From Desulfurella sp. (GTDB lineage Bacteria > Campylobacterota_A > Desulfurellia > Desulfurellales > Desulfurellaceae), in assembly GCA_031960885.1 (NCBI GenBank), contig JAVRLY010000042.1, forward strand, positions 1 to 11,004: a DNA stretch of 11,004 bases, given 5' to 3'. The notes under the pieces were generated by a model, which saw only the letters and a program-made list of their open reading frames with translations, ran no database searches and was not told the DNA's origin. Shown one piece after another: positions 1 through 7,578 of the stretch. A program made the position numbers and the translations under genes. Position 1 is the first letter of the stretch; each line of letters starts with the position of its first letter.

Positions 1-94
1 CTTTGTAAACGTCTAAATTTAGGTTTTCATGTATAACTAAGTCTTTATATGAGCTTTTTAAATTCCTAATTTTTATGATTATATCTTTAGCCAT
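1..94 (-). CDS. mlaF: ABC transporter ATP-binding protein, MlaF/Mkl-like (5' part only, runs off the window)
   Basis: Not in the ORF track. The ATG at 94 overlaps the mlaE 3' end, and the frame stays open to the window edge: MAKDIIIKIRNLKSSYKDLVIHENLNLDVYK. This matches the typical ABC ATPase N-terminus (I.I.NL...Y....I...LNL.V..G) that precedes Walker A, and it lies directly downstream of mlaE. Confidence 0.75.
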   Translation of the reverse strand, partial: MAKDIIIKIRNLKSSYKDLVIHENLNLDVYK

Positions 95-1143
95 CTATAA
101 ACTACAGAAAAAATTGCATCAATAACGATAACACTAAATATGCTTTTTACAACGCTCTTTGTTACGTGAAAGCCTATGCTTTCTGTTTTTTTCTCAACTT
201 TGAAGCCCTCGCTTGTGCCAATTAGAGCAATAACAACCCCAAATACTGGACCTTTAATAATGCCAGATAAAAATGATTTTATTGTAAGTACGCGACTTGC
301 CCTATCTATAAATTCTAAATAGCCTACATTTAAAATTAGATTTGATATAATCATTCCACCAAAAATACCAACCATATCGGCAAAAACAATTAAAAGGGGC
401 ATCACAATAAAAAGCGATAGAATTCTTGGCAACACTAACAATGTATAGGCAGAAATCCCCATCGTATCTAGCGTATCAATTTCTTCTTGAACTTTCATTA
501 AACCAATTGATGCCGTATAACTACTTGCGCTCCTTCCGGAAACGATAATTGCCACAATTAAGGGTCCAAGTTCTCTGACAATTGAGATGCTAACCAAATC
601 AACTATGAAGATATTTGCACCAAATTGTCTAAGCTGGGCTGCAGACTGGTACGCAATTACAAGACCAATAAGAAAAGACAATACACCTACAATGCCAATT
701 GCGCCTACGCCCATATTTTGTATGTCTTTTACAAAAATCCCAAACTCAAAATCTGAAAGTTTTGATATAAACTCTATAGTTGATTTGCCTAAAAAATTTA
801 GGAAGCACACATAATCTTGAATCTTATTTTCTAAATAATTACTAAATCTTAACAGTAGGCTTTTCTTTTTAAGTGGCGGCAATGTAGATAAATGATTTTC
901 AACTAGCTCAAGAACACTTTCTACTTTATTATTTGAGCCACACAAAATATTTTTATCAAAACTATTATGTATAAGCAAACCACCAAATGTGTCTATCTCA
1001 TTAATGAGAGAAAAATCGACACGCTCAAAACCAACATAACTTTTAAGTCTTTTTTTAATAAATCTTACATTTTCTACTGTCCAATTGCCTTTTAATAAAA
1101 GCGTTTTATCTTGTAATTCAAAAAAATTGTGATTTTGGTCCAT
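79..1143 (-). CDS. mlaE: MlaE-family (Mce-type) lipid ABC transporter permease with N-terminal STAS-like domain
   Basis: 354 aa. MlaE motifs: GLVIAYQ..QLRQFGA, RELGPLIVAIIVSGRSASS, MKVQEEIDTL..MG, LVLPR, VTKSVV.SI. The N-terminal ~90 aa (LKGNW...VDFSLINEIDTFG) resemble a STAS/MlaB domain. Confidence 0.92.
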   Translation of the reverse strand: MDQNHNFFELQDKTLLLKGNWTVENVRFIKKRLKSYVGFERVDFSLINEIDTFGGLLIHNSFDKNILCGSNNKVESVLELVENHLSTLPPLKKKSLLLRFSNYLENKIQDYVCFLNFLGKSTIEFISKLSDFEFGIFVKDIQNMGVGAIGIVGVLSFLIGLVIAYQSAAQLRQFGANIFIVDLVSISIVRELGPLIVAIIVSGRSASSYTASIGLMKVQEEIDTLDTMGISAYTLLVLPRILSLFIVMPLLIVFADMVGIFGGMIISNLILNVGYLEFIDRASRVLTIKSFLSGIIKGPVFGVVIALIGTSEGFKVEKKTESIGFHVTKSVVKSIFSVIVIDAIFSVVYRWLKI

Positions 1144-1521
1144 TTATTTATGCGCGCAGTTTGGGCATAATCCATAAAATATTGTAGAATGATAATTAAC
1201 TTTGTAGCCTTTTGCATTTAGCTCTTCATCTAATTCTTTATTATAGGAAATATCTAAATCCAATACAGCTCCACAATTTGTGCATTTAAAATGATAATGA
1301 GGCTCTATTTTTGCATCATAGCGTAGAATATTTTTGTCGCTTTTAATCTCTATAATTTTTCCTTCTTCTGCTAAAATGCGCAAATTTCTGTAAACTGTTG
1401 CAATGGAAATTTTAGGATACTTTGGCTTTATTGAATAATAGAGCTCCTCAGGTGTTGGATGGTCATACCTTGAATTTAACTCTTCGTAAACCATGTTGCG
1501 TTGCTTGGTGTTCTTTCTCAT
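1144..1521 (-). CDS. perR: Fur-family transcriptional regulator, PerR-like
   Basis: 125 aa. Contains HPTPEELY, ISIATVYRNL, RYD...HYHFKCTNCG and a C-terminal CPNC (two CxxC zinc motifs). Asp in VLDL where Fur usually has Glu favours PerR. Strong AGGAGG RBS at 1526-1531. The family is certain; the subfamily is likely. Confidence 0.85.
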   Translation of the reverse strand: MRKNTKQRNMVYEELNSRYDHPTPEELYYSIKPKYPKISIATVYRNLRILAEEGKIIEIKSDKNILRYDAKIEPHYHFKCTNCGAVLDLDISYNKELDEELNAKGYKVNYHSTIFYGLCPNCAHK

Positions 1522-1532
1522 GCTACCTCCTT

Positions 1533-2279
1533 TTAAGGACCTGGAATGTATAAATTTCCATACGGTCTTTTGCTTTTTGGTGTAATTTTTACAAACCCAT
1601 CATTGATAATCTTATCACAATCAAAGTCAAAAATGCTACAAAATTTTTTAACATTTGCAATAATTTTTTCCATATCTTTATCGTCTGGTTGACTAATTAA
1701 TACTTCATCAGAACACAGTGTTTCATCCACACTTTGTCTTATAAATATTGCACCGCCATGCATACCTGTGCCTACAAAATGCCCTGTTAGGCGTTTTTTA
1801 TCTCTATTTAGGCCAAGTAATATTAATGTGCCACCTGCCATGTATTCGCCCATAAAGGCTCCTGCACAACCCCCTATAACTACTGTTGGGCTTGTATCTT
1901 CTTTGTAAGCTTTCATATGGATGCATGCCCTATAGCCTACATCGCCTTTTACAAAAATTGAGCCACCTCTCATACTATAGCCCAATACATCGCCAGCATT
2001 GCCATGTATAATGATTTCACCAGAGCTCATTGTGTTGCCTATGCCATCTTGTGCATCTTCATTAACAACGATGGTGGGCCCTTCCATAAATGCACCCAAA
2101 TCATTCCCCGGGACACCATTGATAATGATTTCTACAGGCTTTGCGATTCCGCAACCTATGTAGTATTGACCATATACGCCATCAAGCATAACTTTGTCGT
2201 GATTTTCAACAAATATAGCGTTTCTAATTTGTTCATTCAAAGCTTTGTATTTAAGATTGTGTGCATCAATCCTCTTCAT
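1533..2279 (-). CDS. gltB3: Glutamate synthase GXGXG beta-helix domain protein (GltB3/FwdC-like)
   Basis: 248 aa with repeated G-x-x-G-x-x-x-G-x-x-M-x-G-G units (GVPGNDLGAFMEG, GNAGDVLGYSMRGG, GCAGAFMGEYMAGG, GHFVGTGMHGG). Overlaps the upstream amidotransferase gene by 14 nt. Confidence 0.88.
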   Translation of the reverse strand: MKRIDAHNLKYKALNEQIRNAIFVENHDKVMLDGVYGQYYIGCGIAKPVEIIINGVPGNDLGAFMEGPTIVVNEDAQDGIGNTMSSGEIIIHGNAGDVLGYSMRGGSIFVKGDVGYRACIHMKAYKEDTSPTVVIGGCAGAFMGEYMAGGTLILLGLNRDKKRLTGHFVGTGMHGGAIFIRQSVDETLCSDEVLISQPDDKDMEKIIANVKKFCSIFDFDCDKIINDGFVKITPKSKRPYGNLYIPGP

Positions 2280-3432
2280 CTTCTACCCCATAATAAATAT
2301 TATAAGCCTCATCAGTCAGTCTTGCAATAACTGGTTCACCCGCATCAGGCGAATGTATTTCTTCTACGTTTGGGCATACATACTTTATTGCAGCCTCTTC
2401 ACTTGAAAAATAGTATGTGTTGTTTTTTTTGCCAACAACCAACGGTCTTAACTTAATTCTATCATTTAAAGCCATTATACCGCCTTTAAATGTTAATAAG
2501 ATGGAAAATGGTCCATTAAGCAATGCCCTTCCATAAATGATTCTTAACGCTTTGTAAAGTTTTTTCTGCTCCTGTGGCATACTCTCAATTTCTTCCCAAA
2601 AAGGTGCACTGAATATTTTAGCTAACAGTTCAATTGGCACATGATGTTTTCTCACAATTAAATCTGATAAATATACAATTACCTCTGTATCAGTTTTTTG
2701 CGTACATTTATAACCGTGCATTTCTAAATATCGCTTATTTGCGCCGTATGAAGATATTTCTCCATTGTGAACCACAGTCCAATCAAGTAACCCAAATGGG
2801 TGTGCGCCACCCCACCAACCAGGCGTGTTAGTTGGAAAACGATTGTGGGCAGTCCAGCAAAATGCTTTGTAGCGCTCTATCCTAAAAAAATTTGCAATTT
2901 CATCGGGGTAGCCAATGCCTTTAAAAACGCCCATATTCTTACCGCTTGAAATAACAAACGCACCATTTATATTTTCGTTAATAAAAAACACGAGTTTATT
3001 GATAAATTCATCTGCATCTGTTTCGCTCATGTATTCACTTTCTGCTTTTGTACCTTGTGCTCTTGGCAATACAAAATACACAAAAAACATAGGTCGTTTT
3101 CTATTTTTCATGCCTCTTGTGGGTATTCCGCTGCGTTCTGCTACCATAACTCTTCGTTCCAAAAAGTCCTCGACAGCACGCTTTGATAAATCATCATCAA
3201 TCATTAAATGCAAAGCATAGTAGTTTTTAAATTCCGGGTATATCCCATAGGCTGCATAGCCTGATCCCAAACCATTTCCTCTATCGCGCATTATATCAAT
3301 TGCAGATATAACTACATTGCCATCAACAAGCTCTCCATTTGTTTGGAAAATACCAAATATACCACACCCAGACGAATCTTTTTGATCATCTAAAAATGAA
3401 ACATATTGCTTGTTTTTTGATATATCAGCCAT
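2266..3432 (-). CDS. gltB1: Class II (Ntn) glutamine amidotransferase, glutamate synthase domain 1 subunit
   Basis: 388 aa. Motifs: SGCGIFG (catalytic Cys23), MRDRGNGLGSG, AHNRFPTNT..W.GAHPF, VHNGEI, TDTEV, LNGPFS, DRIKLRP, SSEE. Confidence 0.9.
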   Translation of the reverse strand: MADISKNKQYVSFLDDQKDSSGCGIFGIFQTNGELVDGNVVISAIDIMRDRGNGLGSGYAAYGIYPEFKNYYALHLMIDDDLSKRAVEDFLERRVMVAERSGIPTRGMKNRKRPMFFVYFVLPRAQGTKAESEYMSETDADEFINKLVFFINENINGAFVISSGKNMGVFKGIGYPDEIANFFRIERYKAFCWTAHNRFPTNTPGWWGGAHPFGLLDWTVVHNGEISSYGANKRYLEMHGYKCTQKTDTEVIVYLSDLIVRKHHVPIELLAKIFSAPFWEEIESMPQEQKKLYKALRIIYGRALLNGPFSILLTFKGGIMALNDRIKLRPLVVGKKNNTYYFSSEEAAIKYVCPNVEEIHSPDAGEPVIARLTDEAYNIYYGVEDEED

Positions 3433-3438
3433 ACTTAC

Positions 3439-4695
3439 CTACCCTTTTAGTTTTCTATCAAGCCTTAATACTCTAAAAGCTTTATCAAAATACTTCCACC
3501 CAAAATCACTGTTTAAAAAAGCATCCTTAATCCATGAAACATCAAAACCTTTTTCTATCATCCAGTTGAACATACCGGCTTTTTCAACATTATTTACAAG
3601 AATTACGCCTATTAATTTGTTATCCCTAATAATAAATTTTCTATATTCACTATCTTTTTTAAATTCAAGCACGCAATCGTTGTCGCTTTCTACTATACCC
3701 ATAGAAATAAAACCTACACGGCCAATTTCAATGGAGTTCATTGCAAATCCACCTTTGAATTTTGCTTGCCCCCCACACGCATTTAAGCCCGCTATGAAAC
3801 CTTCTTTAGCAGCAAGCGGCAATATAGGAATAGGCCGTTTGATATTTAAAACAATATCATAAATACTTGCAACATCGCCACAAGCATAACAATCATCGTA
3901 TGCTTTCATTGTGTCATCAACCACAATGCCTTTATCAATCAATATATTGCTATCAACAAATGATGTGTTTGGTGCTACACCGACACTTAATAAACACGCA
4001 TCACATTGTATTTTTTTGTTGCTTGCTAAAACCACTTCTTTTACCTTTTTGTCTCCATTTAGCTGCACAACAGAATCGTTTAGTATAACTTCAACGCCAG
4101 CTTTTTTTAACTCTTGTTCAATAAGCAAAGCCCCATAATCATCAAGTGCTGGGAACAAAACCCTTTTTGCAAGCTCAACAAGCACGACTTTTTTACCTAT
4201 TTTTGACAAATCATAAGCCATTTTTGTGCCAATGAGGCCAGCGCCTACTATAACAATACTATCTATATTGTCTAAATTTTCCTTTAATTTCTTTGCACCT
4301 TTAATATTTGTAAGCGTATGGACACCATCGAGGTCAATACCTGAAATATTTTTTGGTAATATAGCATTTGCACCACTTGCAATTATGAGCTTATCGTATT
4401 CTATGGTATGTGAGTTAGAAGACATAATTGTTTTATTTTTTGTATCTATAGAGTCAACCTTTTGTCCAAGTAAGATTTTAAAATTATTTTTTTCGTAAAA
4501 ATCGCTTCTTCTGTAAAACATCCTTTCTTCTGACAGGCTTACTTCGCCAATAACCCAGTTTGGTAACAATGGTCTTGAGTAACATCTAGTTTGTTCATCT
4601 GAGATAATTAAAATTTCACCTTGCGTATCGTTTTGTCTTATTGCTGTAGCAGCATTAATGCCAGCTACTGAATTTCCTATTATTACGTACTTCAT
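3439..4695 (-). CDS. FAD-dependent pyridine nucleotide oxidoreductase (NirB N-terminal/NADH:rubredoxin reductase/FNOR-like)
   Basis: 418 aa. FAD Rossmann motif VIIGNSVAG, YSRPLL, YDKLIIASGA, NAD-binding IVGAGLIG followed by VELA (acidic residue, favouring NADH), GIVVD..M and YACGD. GAGG RBS at 4702-4705. Confidence 0.9.
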   Translation of the reverse strand: MKYVIIGNSVAGINAATAIRQNDTQGEILIISDEQTRCYSRPLLPNWVIGEVSLSEERMFYRRSDFYEKNNFKILLGQKVDSIDTKNKTIMSSNSHTIEYDKLIIASGANAILPKNISGIDLDGVHTLTNIKGAKKLKENLDNIDSIVIVGAGLIGTKMAYDLSKIGKKVVLVELAKRVLFPALDDYGALLIEQELKKAGVEVILNDSVVQLNGDKKVKEVVLASNKKIQCDACLLSVGVAPNTSFVDSNILIDKGIVVDDTMKAYDDCYACGDVASIYDIVLNIKRPIPILPLAAKEGFIAGLNACGGQAKFKGGFAMNSIEIGRVGFISMGIVESDNDCVLEFKKDSEYRKFIIRDNKLIGVILVNNVEKAGMFNWMIEKGFDVSWIKDAFLNSDFGWKYFDKAFRVLRLDRKLKG

Positions 4696-4703
4696 TTAGT
4701 TCC

Positions 4704-5138
4704 TCACAATTCCTCAAAAGTTAATGCTTCATTTGGGCAAGCTTCAACACATGCGGGTATGCTCCTATCTGGGCATAAGTCACATTTGATAGACAACCCC
4801 CACATATCATTTTTGCCTTGTTTTATAACGCCATATGGGCAAACCATTACGCACATCCAGCAACCTACACATGTGTTTGGGTTTACAACCACGTATCCTC
4901 TCTCATCTTTGTGCATTGAGCCATTTTGGCATGCAAAAATACATGGCGCATCATCACAATGCCTACACATTATAGAAGCAGAATATGGATAGTTTAGCTC
5001 AGCAGTACATCTAGATAAAACATTTTCTTTTTTAACTGCTTTTATAATATCTTTAGATTCAGAATGCTCAGTTTTGCAAGCTACTTCGCATAGATGACAG
5101 TATACGCAATTGTCTTCGTTTATTTTTACAAGTTTCAT
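4704..5138 (-). CDS. 4x[4Fe-4S] electron-transfer protein (CooF/HydN/DmsB-like)
   Basis: Four Cys groups: CVYCHLCEVAC, CRHCDDAPCIFAC, CVGCWMCVMVCP and CDLC...PACVEACP. ATG 5138 is preferred over GTG 5144 because AGGAG (5146-5150) lies 7 nt upstream of it. Confidence 0.92.
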   Translation of the reverse strand: MKLVKINEDNCVYCHLCEVACKTEHSESKDIIKAVKKENVLSRCTAELNYPYSASIMCRHCDDAPCIFACQNGSMHKDERGYVVVNPNTCVGCWMCVMVCPYGVIKQGKNDMWGLSIKCDLCPDRSIPACVEACPNEALTFEEL

Positions 5139-5140
5139 TT

Positions 5141-6658
5141 TCACTCTCCTGCGTGCAGTATGCCTAAAATTTCCATTTCTTTTTCATTTAAATCAAAACC
5201 CCTTAGGGCCAATCTATTGCCTTTTAGAGATTCTATTGAATTTATGCCCATTGCGCCAAGTGTTTCTTTTATTTCTAGGGCCCAAACATTAACTAAATTG
5301 ACAAGTCTTTGCGCTGCAATGTTTGGGTTTTGGCGTTTTGACAAAAATGGGTCTTGAGTTGCTATACCCCATGCGCATTTACCAGTGTGACATTGCTGAC
5401 ACATTGTGCATCCAATTGCTATAAGTGTTGCAGTTCCGATATATACTGCATCAGCACCTAATGCTATTGCTTTTACTACATCCATTGAGTTTCTAATGCC
5501 ACCTGAGGCCACAAGCGATATTTTACCCCTTAAACCTTCTTGCCTTAATCTATCGTCTACACTTGCAAGCGCAAGCTCTATAGGAAGGCCAATGTTGTCT
5601 CTAATTACTTGTGGAGAAGCGCCAGTGCCACCTTTAAAGCCATCAAGCACAATTACATCAGCTCCTGCTTGAGCTATACCGCTTGCAATTGCAGAAACAT
5701 TATGCACGCATGCTATTTTTACAAAAACAGGTTTTTTATATTCCGTTGCTTCCTTGAGTGCAAATATGAGCTGTCTTAAATCCTCAATTGAGTAAATATC
5801 GTGATGAGGTGCTGGGCTTAGTGCGTCTGTACCTTTTGGTATCATACGCGTTTGAGCTATTGATGCCGTTACCTTTTCACCAGGTAAATGTCCGCCTATG
5901 CCAGGTTTTGCGCCTTGACCAATTTTAATTTCAATGGCGCTTGCTACATCTAAATATTCTTTATAAACACCAAAACGGCCACTTGCTACTTGTACGATAA
6001 TATTGCCTTTAAATTTATAATGATCTTTGTGAAGGCCGCCTTCTCCTGAGTTGAAGTACGTGCCAAGCTCACAAGCGGCTCTAGCGATGGCTTCTATGAC
6101 ATTATAATTGAGCGCACCATAGCTCATGGCAGCAAACATAATTGGGAGTTCTAGTTCCAGCTGAGGAGATAAGACAGTTTTTAGCTTGTTATTTTCTATT
6201 TCTAAGCAGTCAACCTTTTTTCCTAAAAATGTCTTTAACTCCATAGGTTCTCTTAGTGGGTCAATAGATGGGTTTGTAACTTGAGAAGCATTGAGTAACA
6301 TATGGTCCCAATATACAATATATGGCCTATCAGAGCCCATTGAAACAACTGGAGCACCGCCAAATGCAGCTCTCTTTTTTATGCCGACCACATTCCACTT
6401 GCCCCAGCTTTCATTAATGCGGTATGGACTTGTACGGTTTTCTATTGTTATGGCTTCTGTGGGACAAAATGCAGCACACCTGTTACAACCAACACACTTT
6501 GCATCCCAGTTCCAGATTTTATCTTCTTGTTCATCATAAAATGTTGAATCAAACGAGCACTGATCAACACATGCTTTGCACCTAATACACCTATCGGGGT
6601 CCCTTATAACATGGAAATCCGGTGGTGTATAAGTTTTAACATCTTTTATCCAGTTCAC
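5141..6658 (-). CDS. gltB2: Archaeal-type glutamate synthase FMN-binding subunit with N-terminal 2x[4Fe-4S] ferredoxin domain
   Basis: About 505 aa. Motifs: CIRCKACVDQC, CVGCNRCAAFCP, MSYGAL, NSGEGG, QVASGRFGV, EIKIGQGAKPG.GGHLPGEKV, SPAPHHDIYSIEDL, DGFKGGTGASP, ALGAD, CTMCQQCHTGKC.WGIATQDP. Start placed at GTG 6658 (AAGGAG 8 nt upstream) rather than TTG 6706 from the ORF track. Confidence 0.92.
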   Translation of the reverse strand: MNWIKDVKTYTPPDFHVIRDPDRCIRCKACVDQCSFDSTFYDEQEDKIWNWDAKCVGCNRCAAFCPTEAITIENRTSPYRINESWGKWNVVGIKKRAAFGGAPVVSMGSDRPYIVYWDHMLLNASQVTNPSIDPLREPMELKTFLGKKVDCLEIENNKLKTVLSPQLELELPIMFAAMSYGALNYNVIEAIARAACELGTYFNSGEGGLHKDHYKFKGNIIVQVASGRFGVYKEYLDVASAIEIKIGQGAKPGIGGHLPGEKVTASIAQTRMIPKGTDALSPAPHHDIYSIEDLRQLIFALKEATEYKKPVFVKIACVHNVSAIASGIAQAGADVIVLDGFKGGTGASPQVIRDNIGLPIELALASVDDRLRQEGLRGKISLVASGGIRNSMDVVKAIALGADAVYIGTATLIAIGCTMCQQCHTGKCAWGIATQDPFLSKRQNPNIAAQRLVNLVNVWALEIKETLGAMGINSIESLKGNRLALRGFDLNEKEMEILGILHAGE

Positions 6659-6694
6659 CTTTTTTACTCCTTCAAAAAATATTTTAGGTTTAAA

Positions 6695-6723
6695 TTCATA
6701 CAACAAAAAATAATTATTGTCAA
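6695..6723 (-). promoter_or_regulatory. Putative sigma70 promoter for the glutamate synthase cluster
   Basis: Perfect TTGACA (6723-6718), a 17-nt spacer and a TATGAA -10-like hexamer (6700-6695), in the ~100-bp gap between motB and gltB2. The -10 is imperfect. Confidence 0.5.
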
Positions 6724-6759
6724 TAGCGAATAAGTATTAATCAAGCAAACGAAAATTAT

Positions 6760-7578
6760 TTAAAGTTTTTTTAGTAGTATAGTTATGCGTCTGTTTATTG
6801 AATCTTGTGGTAGTGTGCCAGGCATTGGCCTTGTGTCGCCATATCCTACAACGCTACTGAATCGTTCAGATACTATGCCTTGACTTTCTAAAATTTTTCT
6901 TGCTTCATTTGCCCGTCCAATGGATAAATCCCAATTTGATGGACCATAAAGTGTGGGAGTATAATTTGCGTATCCTTCTATAACTATCTTATTTGGCAAT
7001 GGTCTAATATTTGCGGCAATTACTTTTAATATCTCGATAGTGTAGGGCTCAGGCATTGTAGAACCATTTGCAAACATCGGTCTATCATTTTTGTCAAATA
7101 AAATAATATTCAAACCTTCTTCGTTAATTGAAAATTTTATCTGTGCGCCATATGGGGCAATTTCTTTATTTGATTTTAATGCTTCTTGAATTTTACCTAA
7201 AATAGATGTCATTTGATTTTGCATTTCATAAGGATTTGTATTATTTTTTGATTTAGCTGATTGATTATTTATAGCAATAGGTTTGTTTTCAGATGGCATT
7301 TGACTTATAACGAGTTGTTTTGAACCCATATCGAATACGCCTTTTGATGGGTTTAAACCACTTCCTTGTGAAACACTCACAGATTGCATAGGGTGCGTAA
7401 AGTAATACTCAATGATTTTTCTTTGTTGTTCGTTTGTTGCTGCAACAAGCCACATGACAAGAAAAAAAGCCATCATAGAAGTCATAAAATCGCCGTATGC
7501 GATTTCCCATACACTTGATTCTGGTACCTTTGGTTTTTTGCATTTTTTCTTGTGTACTAGGTTGGTATTATCTGCCAT
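6760..7578 (-). CDS. motB: Flagellar motor stator protein MotB
   Basis: 272 aa. TM segment WEIAYGDFMTSMMAFFLVMWL with the conserved Asp; C-terminal OmpA-like domain (NWDLSIGRA, GYGDTRP, NRRITI). TAATG overlap with the motA stop. Confidence 0.95.
   Translation of the reverse strand: MADNTNLVHKKKCKKPKVPESSVWEIAYGDFMTSMMAFFLVMWLVAATNEQQRKIIEYYFTHPMQSVSVSQGSGLNPSKGVFDMGSKQLVISQMPSENKPIAINNQSAKSKNNTNPYEMQNQMTSILGKIQEALKSNKEIAPYGAQIKFSINEEGLNIILFDKNDRPMFANGSTMPEPYTIEILKVIAANIRPLPNKIVIEGYANYTPTLYGPSNWDLSIGRANEARKILESQGIVSERFSSVVGYGDTRPMPGTLPQDSINRRITILLKKL

Noticed and set aside
1533..2279. Formylmethanofuran dehydrogenase subunit C (FwdC)
   Set aside because: It has the same GXGXG fold, but the neighbours are glutamate synthase domains and no fwdA/B genes are present.
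3439..4695. Assimilatory nitrite reductase NirB or GltD
   Set aside because: It lacks the BFD and siroheme domains of NirB and the N-terminal Cys-rich Fe-S region of GltD.
6659..6706. TTG start at 6706 for the glutamate synthase FMN subunit
   Set aside because: It has no RBS and falls inside the predicted promoter, whereas GTG 6658 has a well-spaced AAGGAG.
6659..6759. Rho-independent terminator after motB, or NrpR/GlnR operator before the glutamate synthase cluster
   Set aside because: I found no GC-rich hairpin with a U-tract, and no GGAA-N6-TTCC or TGTNA-N7-TNACA match by eye.
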